64,000 bases of DNA from Octopus vulgaris (taxonomy: Eukaryota), in contig OX597829.1 in the NCBI GenBank assembly GCA_951406725.2, positions 25,978,001 through 26,042,000 of the forward strand, read 5' to 3'. Every line of letters begins with the position of its first letter. The first letter of the stretch is position 1. Positions 39,256-53,540 of this stretch are shown here, in pieces. Both the position numbers and the translations under genes were made by a program. The notes under the pieces are model-generated. The model ran no database searches, was not told the origin of the DNA, and saw only the letters and a program-made list of their open reading frames with translations.

Positions 39256-39625
39256 CATTAGTAGTAGTAGTAGTAGTGAGGTGATCGACTAACCTTGCTT
39301 GAAATTTCTGGACTTGTTCCAATAATAGAAAGAGGTAATATTGATGGTGGTGGTGTGGTGATGGTAGCAGTGTGGTGGTGGTGGTGGTGGTGCTGCTGCT
39401 GCTAGTGGTGCTGGTGGTGAACTGGCAGAATCATTTGCATGTCAGACAAAAGTGCTTTGCAGCATTTCTTCTGGCTCTTTTACCTCCTGAGTTCAAATTC
39501 TGCCAAGGTCTTATTTAGCCTTCCATCCTTCCAGGGTCAATAAAATAAGTAGCATTGGAGCACTGAGGGTAACCGACTTGTTTCCCCTGTTTAAAATTAT
39601 TAGCCCTATGCCAAAGTCTGAAATC
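38710..39625 (+). mobile_element. Three head-to-tail older SINE A copies separated by (ATT)n and (GGT)n
   Basis: Copies at ~38710-38895, ~39012-39207 and ~39412-39625. Confidence 0.75.
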
Positions 39626-40628
39626 ATTATGCAGTTGTTCTTTCTAACTTTATGATAGTATTTTGAGGGCATTTGGTTGCTGTTTCTATTGAGTCAACCA
39701 AACATGATGAGGTTGTCTCACTAGTTTATGCAATTTATGTGTCTTAGAAATTAGAGAAGGATGAGATGGGGGTGACCATGCGTAACTCTCTGGTTGATGG
39801 AATATTGTTCCTTTGTGTTGGTATAAAGTGGTACCTGTGAGGGCTCTTGTCACCTGCATGATTCTGCAAGTTGCTCAACATGCTATAAATAAAGCAGCCA
39901 AATATTTTTGAAACTCCACACTGCAGTTTCGAATATGTTACAAGTTGGATGAGTGCAGAGTGAATCCTTTTAGTTCATGTTTTATAATTTGTATTTTGTG
40001 ACCTTTGATAGCTTTGTGGATTTTGAATTTTTAGATTTCCTCTGTGTGTGTATGAGAGAGAGAGAGAAGTGGGGTAAAGAAGAGGTCTAAATCTTCATCT
40101 AGTTGAGAAATAAATATATATATTTTTTTTCTTGTTTCTGTTCTATTTGTTTTTGATGGTTGGTTGATTTTCCAGAAATGCCTGATAATTGTATTTGGTG
40201 ATTCAAGATCATCACAAGACCATTGCTGTTGCTGTTATTGTTGTTGTAGTTGTTAATTACTCTATACAGTACTTTAATGTAGTAGTTTATGTTTGATACA
40301 AATGTTTGTCAATTTTCTGTTTTGCTATGGTTTATTTTCTTTATTTTAGTCATTTGATATTGAACATTACTTCTGTATTTGTAATGGTGTTGGTGTTTTC
40401 TCTTTGATATCTCTTGATGAAATGAATTTGCCTATTTCTTTTGCAGTTATATTTTTAATTTTCTTTTGAAAAAGCATTTAAAAAAAAAAACTTAGCCTGT
40501 TCTATAATTATTTACTGAATGTATACACTACTCTACTACATCTATGTTGGTGACTGTGATGATGCTTGATATCAGTGAAGCTTGTTTTTGTTTCATGTAC
40601 TTTTTTTTAAAAAAATTTTTACTCTTTT

Positions 40629-40793
40629 CAGGCATGGCTGTGTGGTAAGAAGCTTGCTTCCTAACCATATGGTTCTGGGTTCAATGCCACTATATAGCAT
40701 CTTGGGCAAGTGTTTTCTACTATAGCCTTGAGCCTACCAAAGCCTTGTGAGTAGATTTGGTAGATGGAAACTGAAAGAAGGCCATCGTGTGTG

Positions 40794-40840
<47 letters not shown>

Positions 40841-41240
40841 TAATATATAAATAAATACAAAATGGGACAAGAACGCAAAACATCCAGATAGACGATACAA
40901 AGAAAACAAGGATGGGTCATTTGAAGTTTTCTTTCCTCAGTCAAGTACCAGATAGAGTATCTTTGCAATTTCGGCTGATTATACTTGAGATTGCACAATA
41001 TACACACATATATATATATATTTGTGTGTATGTGCTTGACCCCTCCCTTCCCTGCTTGATGACGAGTGTTGGTGTGTTCATGTCTCCATAACCTAGCAAC
41101 TTGGCAAAAGAGATCAATAAAATAAGCATCAGGTTTAACAAAAAAGACAAATACTGGGAGCTATTCATTCAGCTAAAAATTCTTCAATGTCGTGCCCCAG
41201 CATGGCCATAGTCTAGTGACTGCAACAAGTAAAAGATGAA
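40629..41240 (+). mobile_element. SINE B with an insertion in its internal (TA)n
   Basis: Head at 40629-40790, foreign segment at ~40855-40995, 3' half at 41020-41240. Confidence 0.8.
40855..40995 (-). mobile_element. Probable Penelope-like LTR fragment
   Basis: Minus strand has GCCGAAATTGCAAAG (GAAA plus palindrome). Located in (TA)n. Confidence 0.4.
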
Positions 41241-41397
41241 ATTAAAAAAAAAAAAAAAGTCAGTTGAGGGTGGATCAGAGGATTGTTTAGTATGGATGTT
41301 GTAAGTAGGTAGGTAGGTATGTAGAGAACAGAAGGTGATTGTGAGAAGTTGATGCACTTTGCTGAAGTATTTGGGTATGTTGATGTTAGTTGATGTT

Positions 41398-41626
41398 CGG
41401 CGAGCTGGCAGAAACGTTAGCGCGGTGGGCGAAATGCTTAGCGGTATTTCGCCTGTCCTTACATTCTGAGTTCAAATTCCGCCAAGGTCGACTTTGCCTT
41501 TCATCCTTTCGGGGGTCTATAAATAAAGTACCAGTTATGCACTGGAGTCAATGTAATCGACTTACTCCCTTTGTCTGTCCTTGTTTGTCCCCTCTATGTT
41601 TAGCCCCTTGTGGGCAATAAAGAAAT
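41398..41626 (+). mobile_element. SINE A
   Basis: Full-length, CpG-rich copy. Confidence 0.88.
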
Positions 41627-42674
41627 ATATATTATTATTATTGGTATTTTTATGACTCAATGATTTACATGCATTGAATTTCTCCCAGTCATAGTGTTTG
41701 GCAGAACAGTATGGTAATGTTGTTTGGATGTATAAGTTGGCAGGTTGGTTGGTTGGTCGGTTGGTTGGTGTCAGTCATGGCATATAATCATCATTATTGT
41801 TGTTATCGTCCTCCTCTTCTTCATCATTATCATTATTGTCATCATTGTCATCATCATCATCATTTAACATCCATGTTCCATAATGGTGTGGGTTGGGCAG
41901 TTTGACAGGGTCCAGTGGAATCAAGGACTGCATCATGCTGCTCCACAGTCTCAGTCAGTCTTGGTATGGTTTCTATAGCTGGATGCCCTTCCTAATGCCA
42001 GCTCTTTTGCAGCATGTTCTAGATGCTTTTTTTCATTCCACCAGCGCTATTAATGTCTCTATGCAGCTCATAAGACTATGAGCACCAAGGAAAGGATATT
42101 TATGATATTCATCAAGTTAATATATTTCATGTTATTATTGGCTTTTATTTTAAATGTAGCCATATGAGAATGGTCATTGTTGTGCAACAACTCAGTATTA
42201 TTCAGTAATAGTCCTTGTCTCTTAGGGGTACTCACTATTTTAAGGTATGTGTATTTAAGGCAATGTAAATAAGATGGTAGGGAAGTGACAGAAAGTTATG
42301 TGAACCAGTGGATAGAATGATGACGGGGTGGGGTGCCAGAAGCCTGAGAGAAAAGGAATGGGTATGCTGACAAAGTCACATGTAGTAATGACAAGAGAAG
42401 AGGGTAAAGGTGAAATAAACTGAGCACAAGTTTTCCATGTAGGTGGTGAAGTAGATGGCCATGATAAATGGAATATAGATAGATGGTCATACTGACCACA
42501 ATTTTGTGTGAGTGATAAGAGGAGGGAGTGAGTGATTGACGAGTATTTGTGTTTGGTTCCAAGAAGCATAAACAAGAGAAACAAAGGTATGGTGGAGAGG
42601 ACATGGGTGACAGTAGTATGAGCAATAGATGGATGAGTGTTAGAGATGTATGATGCCTATATATATGTGTGTGT

Positions 42675-42946
42675 GGAAGCGCGTGGCTTAGTGGTTAGGG
42701 TGTCAGCACCATGATCGTAAGATTGTGGTTTCGATTCCTGGACCAGGCGTCACGTTGTGTTCTTGAGCAAAACACTTCATTTCAAGTTGCTCCAGTCCAC
42801 TCAGCTGGCAAAAATGAGTAACACTGTGATGGACAGGCGACCCGTCCAGCTGGGGAACATATACACTATAGAAACTGGGGAACATATACACTATAGAAAC
42901 TGGGAAACCGGGCCCATGAGCCTGGCTTGGCTTTAAAAGGGCACAC
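42675..42946 (+). mobile_element. SINE family C (tRNA head, CORE-like body)
   Basis: A-box TGGCTTAGTGG, B-box GTTTCGATTCC, then TTGTGTTCTTGAGCAAAACACTT. Internal 25-bp tandem duplication at 42850-42899. Confidence 0.75.
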
Positions 42947-42999
42947 TTTTTTTTTATTATATATATGTATATACATATACAAATATACATAATTTTAAT

Positions 43000-43660
43000 G
43001 TCTGTTGTGCCATGCCATATCAGATAAGCAGTCTTCTCCTCCACACTATACTGCCTGTCAACATAGTCTTTTGTCATTTCCTTTCTGAGGACCATTACTT
43101 TGTTCCAATTCATCCCCAATCTCTCTCTTTCACAAAATCCATTTACTTTGAGTGTGCTACACATCTTTATAGTCGTCCTTCTCCATACACATCACCACAG
43201 ATTCAGCCATAAGAGCTATGTCATCAGGATAAAGAAGCTCCCACAAGCAGCTGCTTTTAAACTGCTCTACTCTGGTTTAAAGGATGATAATGATCAGAAG
43301 GGGACTGATCACCTTCACTGAATTCTTTACTGTGCTTATCACCAACTCTCACTTTACATACAAAGCTTGCACAGCTCTCACAAGCCATTCAACTTCCCCA
43401 AGCTTTCTCAGGACCATCAGTGGGGCTTTCTCTTGGTTAACAAAAGTCAAATATTGCGGCTTATTCTTTGCTAGATGTTTCTGTAGTTGCTGCATATAGA
43501 AGATAGCAGTACAACTACTTCTTTTTGTTGAGAAAAACCTGCTGCACAACATTCGTATTAACTCTTCCCTAATCAATTTTACTATAACCTTTTTCTGAAA
43601 CCTTCATAACCTGGTCCAACAGTTTAATACTTTTGTTGTTTCCCATCTCTAATGCATCAT
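43000..43660 (-). mobile_element. RTE RT relic with an internal deletion
   Basis: AIFYMQQLQKHLAKNKPQYLTFVNQEKA..LRKLGEVEWLVRAVQALY (RT domains 2a-3), joined to a decayed 3' end. Confidence 0.75.
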
Positions 43661-43889
43661 TTTTATGCTCGTAGCAGCTGATGTTGATACTACCATTGCA
43701 GTCATTGTATATGACATCCTCCTGTACTACTTGATTTACTATATAGGTGACCAGGTGTATTCCATCCTATATGCCTATGTGTGTGTGTGTATGCATGTGT
43801 GTGTATATAAAATATATGATATATATGCATATATAATATATATATTTATGAATGTATGTGTGTGTGTGTATATATATATATATGCTTTC

Positions 43890-44110
43890 AATATGTGACC
43901 TCGTGAGTACCGTTGGCGATTTTTTTCCTCTGTTTTTCGTTCTCAGGATCTTTCCTTCTCCTATGTTTCCGACGAAGAGCTCTGCTCGAAACATTAAACC
44001 CTCCTTCTTCCCTTCTTTCCTGAGCGTCCAATAATACTTTATTTGTTCCATGTCCTCGCGTTGTTATGTTTTTTTGTTTTTTTTGTGTTTTCTTGTTTGG
44101 ATTAACTCTC
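43890..44110 (+). mobile_element. Penelope-like LTR relic with a hammerhead variant
   Basis: GTTT-CCGACGA-A-GAGC-TCT-GCTC-GAAACATT-AAAC at 43965-43999. Flanked by (TA)n. Confidence 0.65.
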
Positions 44111-44114
44111 TATA

Positions 44115-44199
<85 letters not shown>

Positions 44200-44238
44200 G
44201 TATATATATGTATGTATATGTATATATATATATATATG

Positions 44239-44270
<32 letters not shown>

Positions 44271-44274
<4 letters not shown>

Positions 44275-44415
44275 GGAGTAAACACATAAATGTGAAACAA
44301 GGTGGAAAAAAGCGTACTCAAATACCAGGGGTAGAGTAAAAATCTGTCCGACAAATGGGAACGTGAAACTCAGAGTAACAGGTTTTGTTGAATTTCTGCT
44401 GCTTTTAAATAAAAT
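44271..44415. mobile_element. Penelope-like inverted LTR relic, same family as 15206-15409
   Basis: Shares TACCGGAGTAAACACATAAATGTGAAACAAGGTGG and GTGAAACTC.GAGTAACAG. Confidence 0.7.
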
Positions 44416-44896
44416 ATATATATATATATATATGTGTGTGTGTATGTATACATATATATATATATGCATATATAATATATATGTATAATATTAATATAAA
44501 GTATTTGTGTATCTATCTTTATTTATATGTGTGTATATAGTAGCACAAATAGAATAAATAGAATTCAATATATTTTTTAAACTTTTAATCAGTAGAAGTG
44601 CATTTTCAATCCTTATACAAAGCTCTCAGCCCTTGATTCATTATGTAATTTTTGCTGAGTAAAAATAACACACACACACACACACACACATGCATATATA
44701 TATGAAATGCTTGTGACTCTGTGATACCTGCTAACAATACAGTAAGTTTTCCAGCATTATAATAAATTTAGAAGAGTTTGCAAAACCTCTAATAACTCCT
44801 GCAATTTTTGCATAGGGAAAAGCATCTCTGATGTTTATTTCACCTTTATTTTATCACTTTACATATATATATATATATATATATGTATATGTATGT

Positions 44897-45055
44897 ATTA
44901 TTCTCTCTCTGTTTATTTCCTCGTGTTCCTTTCCGTTGAAGAGCATAGGTTTGAAATGTAAAAGACTTTCTCAACTTCCCAAGCTTTAAACTAATACACC
45001 TGTTTGTTGTTTATGCACCTGTCTTCATCTTTCATTTTTTCTGTAAATTTCAAGT
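44897..45055 (+). mobile_element. Penelope-like LTR relic with a degenerate hammerhead
   Basis: CCGTTGA-A-GAGCATAGGTTT-GAAATGTA. Flanked by TA-rich repeats. Confidence 0.5.
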
Positions 45056-45149
45056 ATATAATATACAAAGACACACATATACATATGCATATATATATAT
45101 GCATGTATATATGTATATGTATATCTATGTATATATATGTATATTTATG

Positions 45150-45197
<48 letters not shown>

Positions 45198-46414
45198 TAT
45201 GTATGTATGTATGTATATATATGTATGTATGTATATGTATGTATGTATGTATGTATATATATGTATGTATGTATATATATGTATGTATGTATGTATATAT
45301 ATGTATATATATATATATGTATGTATGTATATGTATATATATGTATGTATGTATGTATATATATGTCTGTATATATATGTGTATATATATATGTATATAT
45401 ATGTGTATATATATATATATGTATATATATGTATATATATATAGTCTACTAAAAATACACACACATATATATATACATATATATGCATCTATAATACATA
45501 AAAAGTATGCTTGAATCTTGCTTGTTTGCTTGCAATGTTACTCAGTCAGCCTGGCACATAATGGGAAAATACTATGAATTAAGTTTTTCCTAAAATGCAA
45601 ATACAAACAGAATAAAATAAGTTTTATGTAATTTGGACAAGTGGTTGTTGAGATATTATGGGTTTTGGGGGTATAAACACCCAAAACCATGCATAGTGGG
45701 AAAATATTCCAAGAATAACTTAGCCCTGAAAGGGAAGAAACTCTTACCTTTCGATTAGACACAGTGACTAGACAATTAAAAAATACAATTTTTTTTTACA
45801 GTAAATGTTTCTGTTTTTGCTTTTGTTAAACACAATATTTTAATCATTTAGAAATATTTTTAAGTGAATGTGATTTCAAAAATTTAAGTTGTTTATACAG
45901 TAAGTATTTATATTTTAGCTTTCTTGAAACAGACAGTATTTTAATGTCTTTTTAAATTATTTTCAAGTGAATACCATTACAAAAATTTTGTTTGGCATAT
46001 TTAAAAAAATATTTTAAAGTGAAAATGACTTTGAAAATATGGTAAATATTTCGTAAAAGACCCATTCATAACTTTGGTGTGAAATACATTTTTTCCAAAG
46101 GATTTTTTTAGTGCATTCAATGTATCTCACCTCCAAAGATTTGGCTGCTATTTCTAGCACGCCCGGCTACCACATAACAGCTATTTGTGATAAAGAACCC
46201 AAAATACCTGTTACATGGTAGCAGGGCATGCAAGAACTAGCAACCAAATCTTTCCTTTTCTGGGGAAAGGAGGTGTTTATGCATGATTTCAATGTCACAA
46301 TCGTTGAAAGCATGCAAAATAACATGGAAAAGAAAAAAAGAACTCATGAAACAAAACTCTGTTGCTGGGAAACTCAGATCTTCCTGGTGACCCAACGGGC
46401 CACAGGTAGCCTTG

Positions 46415-46454
<40 letters not shown>

Positions 46455-46582
46455 TATATACATATATATGCATATATATATATATACATATACACACATA
46501 TATATATACATATATATACACATATATATATATACATATATACACACATATGTATATATATACATACATATATATATGTGTT

Positions 46583-46651
<69 letters not shown>

Positions 46652-46702
46652 TATATATATATATATATGTGTTTATATATATATATATATATGTTTATAT
46701 GT

Positions 46703-46936
<234 letters not shown>

Positions 46937-46972
46937 GCATGGCTACAGTCAAAAGACTGAAACAAATAAAAG

Positions 46973-47008
<36 letters not shown>

Positions 47009-47602
47009 CTTACATATATATGTATGTATATACATGTATATATACATATATATAGTCTACAAAAAATGCAACACACACACACATATTTGTAACCATCATC
47101 ATTACTGTCATTTTATGTCCATGTTCCATGCTGGCATTGGATGATCAGCTTGATGGGATACGATGTACCCAAAGACTGCATCATATTATCAGTGTATGTT
47201 TGGCATAGTTTAGCATAGATTCTGCAGCTGTATGCCCTTTCTGATACCAAATCACTTTACAGCCTGCACTTGGTGCACTTTTTGTACCACCCACACTACT
47301 GCTGTTGTCATGCAATTTGCAAGACTGCAGACCCATTGTATGCACCAGGAAAACTTTATGCTAGGAGAGTAAGGAGTAGTAAGACGTATGAGAGATAGAG
47401 GCCAGAGCAGAACAGGTTTTTTTGTAAAGGTGCTAAGCTACATGGTTATTCACATTTTTGAAGAGCAGATGAAGTGATTGGTTGGAAGGTAGTGATCAGG
47501 TTGTGATTGGGTAGTGCTGGAAAGTGATGTAAGTGGTGATGAGGTGTCAGAATGGGCTTTCAAGGTTCTGGGTGTGGAGGAATAGAAATCATGATACAGG
47601 CA

Positions 47603-47815
47603 AGGCGGTGAGCTGGCAGAAGCGTTAGCCGGGTGAAATGCTTGGCAGTATTTCATCAGCCACTATGTTCTGAGTTCAAATTCCGCCAAGGTCAACTTTG
47701 CCTTTCATCCTTTTGGGGTTGATTAAATAAGTACCAGTTACGCACTGGGGTCGATATAATCGACTTAATCCGTTTGTCTGTCCTTGTTTGTCCCCTCTGT
47801 GTGTAGCCTCTTGTG
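47603..47815 (+). mobile_element. SINE A nested in an old RTE-tailed element
   Basis: Standard head and body, slightly 3'-truncated. Confidence 0.85.
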
Positions 47816-48125
47816 AAAGAGAGATGATGAGACATTGGGTAGGTTGCAGGAGTGGCTGGGAGAAGAATAAAAGAACAAGAGAGAGGGGCAGGTGCAGTGT
47901 ATAAAGAGGGTGTGAAGTATGATGGTGTGGAAAGGGAGGAGAGATAATTCATTGGGTGATCAATAGAAGTATTGGTCAAGATCATTATTAGTGGATGAAG
48001 TATGGATAACAAGTAAAGTGGTTCTGGATAGTAAGAAAAATGGAATCAAGGAAGAACTGCAGCTTGGAAGGTAGTGAGGGTGGTGGGTTCTTGAGGAGAA
48101 AGGAAGTTGGATTGTCATGCATATA

Positions 48126-48333
48126 TTCTTTTACTTGTTTCAGTCATTTGACTGTGGCCATGCTGGAGCACCGCCTTTTAGTTGAGCAAATCAACCCCAG
48201 GACTTATTCTTTATAAGCCTAGTACTTATTCTATCGGTCTCTTTTGCCAAACCGCTAAGTTACGGGGATGTAAACACACCAGCATCGGTTGTGAAGCGAT
48301 GTTGGGGAGACAAACACAGATACACAAACATAT

Positions 48334-48372
<39 letters not shown>

Positions 48373-48533
48373 CGACGGGCTTCTTTCAGTTTCCATCTAC
48401 CAAATCCACTCACAAGGCTTTGGTCGACCTGAGGCTATAGTAGAAGACACTTATCCAACGTGCCTCACAGTGGGACTAAACCCAGAACCATGTGGTTGAT
48501 AAGCAAGCTACTTACCACACAGCCACTCCTGTG
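48126..48533 (-). mobile_element. SINE B
   Basis: Full reverse copy. Confidence 0.88.
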
Positions 48534-49112
48534 CATATATTTATATTTATACCATTATGTCGCTGTTAAATCCTTTTGCAGCTTCCTGTGTGTAAATTTT
48601 TCAAAGACACTTGTAAACAAAACTTGTAACCAACCAAGTATCTTCAATTTAATCGCTTGTGTTATACTGTATCAACAAGTGTGGTCAAGGCTAGACTTGT
48701 AAAGCCATCTGTGACTAATCTCAAAATCACCTCGAATATTTGAGCCTCTTACCCATGAGCTCAATCTTCTGATATTCTTCTGTAACTCTTGCTGACCTTA
48801 AATTCCTTTAATCTTTCTGCTCCCACCATTTCAACTCTCAGCACTAAAGAACAATGCCTTACTGCATTATCATTTAGAATTGTTTCTGTTGCTCATTGCT
48901 GTATTGGTGGGGAGACACCATTATGTAGTAAAATAATATAAATTATTGGATTAATAAATGACATCAGTATTATTCAAAGCAGATAATGCGAGAATGGTCA
49001 TTGGGAGAAAGAGAAGTGTGACAAGTAGTGAAAGATAAAGAAAAGACCGAATAAATTTCCTCATTTGTTGTCAGTTTCAGTTATCCATGACATTTTCTAG
49101 CATGTTTTGAAA

Positions 49113-49610
49113 GAGCTACTTCTGTGAAATCAGATGTTAAATTTGGACTATTATTGTTCCTAATTAGACCAATTGAAGGAGGCAATTGATTAAAAACGTC
49201 CAGAATTGGCCAACCAAAAGGGTGTCATCTTACATCAGGACAATGCTAGACTGCATGTTTCTTTGCAGACCCAGCAGAGATTGGTGCAACTTTAGTGAGA
49301 TGTCCTACCCCACCCACTGTACTCACCTGACCCTTGCACCTTCAGTTTATCATTTATTCTGATCCCTGCAAAATTCTCTTAATGGGACTAACTTTCATTC
49401 TTTAAAAGGGTGTAAAAACCACTTAGTCTAGTTCATGACCCAGAAAGATGTCAAGTTCTGGGAGAATGGGATCATGAAGCTGCCCCAAAGATGACGAAAG
49501 GTATTGGAACAAAACGGGAAATATGTGGTTGAGTAAAGATATGTACAACTATTTAAATATTGCTAATGAATTTTACTTAAAAAATGCTACAAACTTTTTT
49601 ACCAGCCCAA
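49113..49610 (+). mobile_element. Mariner (DD34D) 3' half with terminal TIR
   Basis: KRPELANQKGVILHQDNARLH...PHPLYSPD/LAPS..HLF*SLQN...EQNGKYVVE*. Ends ..ACCAGCCCAA followed by TA. Confidence 0.9.
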
Positions 49611-50401
49611 TACATACATATACCCCCCCCACACACATATATATAAATACACACACACATAGATATAAATACACACACACGCACATATATAAACACATAT
49701 ACACATCAAACACACCTAAAGATTTGGGTTTGAATGTGGGGTGAAGAATCTTGTTTTACAACCATATACCATGTAGTTTCAAGTTCAGTCCCACTACGTA
49801 GCACTTTAGCACCTTGGTCAACCAATGCCATGTGACGGAATTTGACAGATGGAAACTGTGGAGAAGCCTATCAACACATTATCATTATCGTCAAATTCAT
49901 CATTTAACATCTGTTTTCCATGTCAAGATGAGTCAGAAAGTTTGATAGGATCCAGTGAGCCATGGGGATATGCTAGACTCTAGTGTCAGCTTTGACATGG
50001 CTTCTATTGATGTTGCCATTCAGCTTGCAAGATTACAAACCCAGTGTATGCAGGGGACAACTTTATGCTGGGAGAGTAAGGAATAATAAGAGATATGAGG
50101 GAAAGAGGCCTGAGCAAGTTTTTTTGCAGAGGAGCTAAGCTACATGGTTACTCACATTTTTAAAAAGTAGATCAAGTGATTGGTTGGCGGGTAGTGATCA
50201 GGTAGTGATTGGGTAAAGCTGGAAAATGATATAAGAGGTCATGAGGTGTCGGAGTGGACCTTCAAGGTTGAGGGTTTTCCTAATGCCAACCACTTTAACC
50301 CTTTAGCATTCAGATTACTATGTGAAATGTAATGCTTATTTATTCAAATTGGTTTGAATAAACCATGTATTATCTCATAGCTTCAAGATTTCAATGATGT
50401 G

Positions 50402-51401
50402 ATTAAGAGAATTTTGCGGGGATCAGAATAAATGATAATCTGAAGGTGCAAGGGTCAGGTGAATATAGTGGGTGGAGTAGGACATCCCACCAAAGTTGCA
50501 CCAATTTCTGCTGGGTTTGCAAAGAAACATGCAGTCTAGCATTGTCCTGATGTAAGATGACACCCTTTTGATTGGCCAATTCTGGACGTTTTTAATCAAT
50601 TGCCTCCTTCAATTGGTCTAATTAGGAACAATAATAGTCCAAATTTAACATCTGATTTCACAGAAGTAGCTCATAATACGCAATGCCTTTCTAATCCCAC
50701 CAGATTACTGAGCATTGCCTTCTTCGAATACAGACCATCTTTTGGCGGTTCATCTTATTTTCCCCAGGACCTTTTTCATTTTATGCTGTTGTAAATAATC
50801 CATTCCTTGTCATACATAATCATTCTTTTCAAAAATGAATAATTTTTGTTTCGCCTGAGCAGAGAATCACAGATGAAAGTGCACTTTACTAACTTTTTTC
50901 TCATTAAGTTATGAGGCACTCAAACATCATAGCAATTTACGTAACCAAGTGCTTTTAAATGCTTTATAATGCTCACATGTGATATGTGGAGTATCTCCCT
51001 AATGTCTTGCATTATGTGACATGAATTATTTTTTTATTAAAGTTTAAATTTGTTTATTATCAACTACTTAGGCCTGCTGGAACCTTCACGATCTTCCAGG
51101 TCAACATTTTTGGTTCTAAACCTAACAAACCACTTACAAACCGTACTTTCAGCTATGACACTATCTCCATAAACAGTATATAACTTCTTTACCTTGCCAG
51201 AAATAAAGTAACATTGAATGATGAAAATGTATTTCATTTTCCTTCATTTTCAGTTTTATTGCAAGAACAGTAGAAGTAAATAATCCACACAAAATTCAAA
51301 TAGAAAAATGCATTGAGATCTCCTCTTTCAGAAAATATGTCATGTGTTCCTGTCATGTGATTAAACGTCACCAATTGACAACTGCTTTTCTTCCAACCCA
51401 A
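50402..51401 (-). mobile_element. Mariner 5' three-quarters with terminal TIR, in opposite orientation
   Basis: Starts TA-TTGGGTTGGAAGAAAAG at 51401 and runs through the decayed transposase to the HLF*S.QNSLN region. Confidence 0.88.
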
Positions 51402-51486
51402 TATATATATATATATATGTGTGTGTGTGTTTATATATGTATGCATGTTTATATGTGTGCAGATGTGTATATGTATATTTATATGT

Positions 51487-51706
51487 ACTCTCTTTACTCT
51501 TTTACTTGTTTCAGTCATTTGACTGCGGCCATGCTGGAGCACCGCCTTTAGTCGAGCAAATCAACCCCGGGACTTATTCTTTGTAAGCCTAGTACTTATT
51601 CTATCGGTCTCTTTTTGCCGAACCGCTAAGTGATGGGGACGTAAACACACCAGCATCGGTTGTCAAGCAATACTAGAGGGACAAACACAGACACACAAAC
51701 ACACAC

Positions 51707-51741
<35 letters not shown>

Positions 51742-51913
51742 CATCTATACAACAGGCTTCTTTCAGTTTCCGTCTACCAAATTCACTCACAAGGCATTGG
51801 TCGGCCCGGGGCTATAGTAGAAGACACTCGCCCAAGATGCCATGCAGTGGGACTGAACCCGGAACCATGTGGTTGGTTAGCAAGCTACTTACCACACAGC
51901 CACTCCTGCGCCT
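51487..51913 (-). mobile_element. SINE B, young subfamily
   Basis: Full copy sharing diagnostic variants with 62840-63250. Confidence 0.9.
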
Positions 51914-51986
51914 GAGTGTACATTTATGTGTATTTATGTATATGTGTGTATCTATATTTTTATATATATATATATGTGTGTGTGTA

Positions 51987-52376
51987 TACTCTTTTATTTG
52001 TTTCTGTCTTTTGACTGTGGTCATGCTGGAGCACTACCTTTAGTCAAACAAATTGACCCCAGGACTTATTCTTTGTAACCCTAGTACTTATTCTATTGGT
52101 CTCTTTTGCTGAACCGCAATGTTACATTTACGTAAACACACCAGCATCGGTTGTCAAGCAATGGTAGGGGGACAAACACCGACACACAAACATACACACA
52201 TTCATATATATACAATAGGCTTCTCTCAGTTTCCATCTACCAAATCCACTCACAAGGCTTTGGTTGGCCCAAGTCTATAGTAAAAGATACTTGCCCAATG
52301 TGCCATGCAGTGGGAATATAACCCGGAACCATGTGGCTAGTAAGCAAGCTACTTACCACACAGCCAATCCTGTGCC
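51987..52376 (-). mobile_element. SINE B
   Basis: Tandem to the previous copy and more diverged. Confidence 0.85.
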
Positions 52377-52909
52377 TATATATTTATATATGTATATGTA
52401 TGTGTGTATATAATTATGTGTGTGTGTATATATTTATATATGTATGTGTTTGTATATATATATATATTAATATATGCGTGTGTGTGTGTTTATATTTGTA
52501 TATGTATGTATATTTATGTGTATGTTTGTGTGTATGTATTATATACATATATATGCATGTACATATGTGTGTGTGTGTATGTATGTATATGTGTGTGCTT
52601 CCATGTCTCTATATGCATGTGTTTGTGTATGTGTGTGTGTGTGTGTGTGTGCGCATATGTATACATGAATTTGGGTATACACATATGTGTATACATGTGC
52701 CTATTCATACACATATATATAATGATATCATCATCATCATCATCATCATCATCGTTTAGCGTCCGTTTTCCATGCTAGCATGGGTTGGACTATAGGTATG
52801 AATATAAATACTAATATATTGTATATGTTTGGAATTTAAATAAACACATGTATATGCATGCACACACTCACGCATGTATATAGCTGTGGGAAATATCATT
52901 GATGATAAT

Positions 52910-53032
52910 GGGTTCAAATTTTAGCATGCGTCCAGCAATTTTAAGGGCAGTGGTCAATTAATTGCATTAACCTCAGTCCTCAACTGGTACTTATTTATTG
53001 ACCACAAAAGGATGGAAGTCAAAATTGACCTC
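52910..53032 (-). mobile_element. SINE A 3' fragment
   Basis: CAACTGGTACTTATTTATTGACC..GGATGGAAG module. Confidence 0.6.
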
Positions 53033-53540
53033 AATAATCTTTCTGAAAAGTGTTCAATAATCAGAAATTATAGAATATTCATAAATCAGTTTAAACAGAA
53101 TGACATTCATATTTAACAGTGAATTGATTTTGAAATAGTGTTTGTGTGATTTTAATATATGTAATGGATTCAGCAATTTCTATTATCCTATAACATAAAA
53201 TCTACTTTCCTTTGATAATCAACTTTGGCTTGCTTAACATATTTGTATCTTTCATTTTTCTTGATAATTCTGAAATTTTCAATATTTCTTGTATTGATTC
53301 AAACTCCAGCTTGTGAATGCATATATATATTTATTTATATATATATATGTACATACAAATGCACACACACACACATTTGTGTGTGTATTTGTATATATTT
53401 TCATATATCTGTATCTACCTTGCTATATATGTCATTCTTTCCTGACCTTCACAAATATACATCCACATGGAAAGACACCACAAGCCTGCACCAATTCCTT
53501 AAACTGAGACATTAAGAACATCCCCCTGTAGTACCCATGC

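Noticed and set aside
47315-47575. Similarity to 50015-50275 as a local segmental duplication
   Set aside because: Both lie in the same dispersed RTE-tailed element family and are clearly diverged, so independent insertions explain it.
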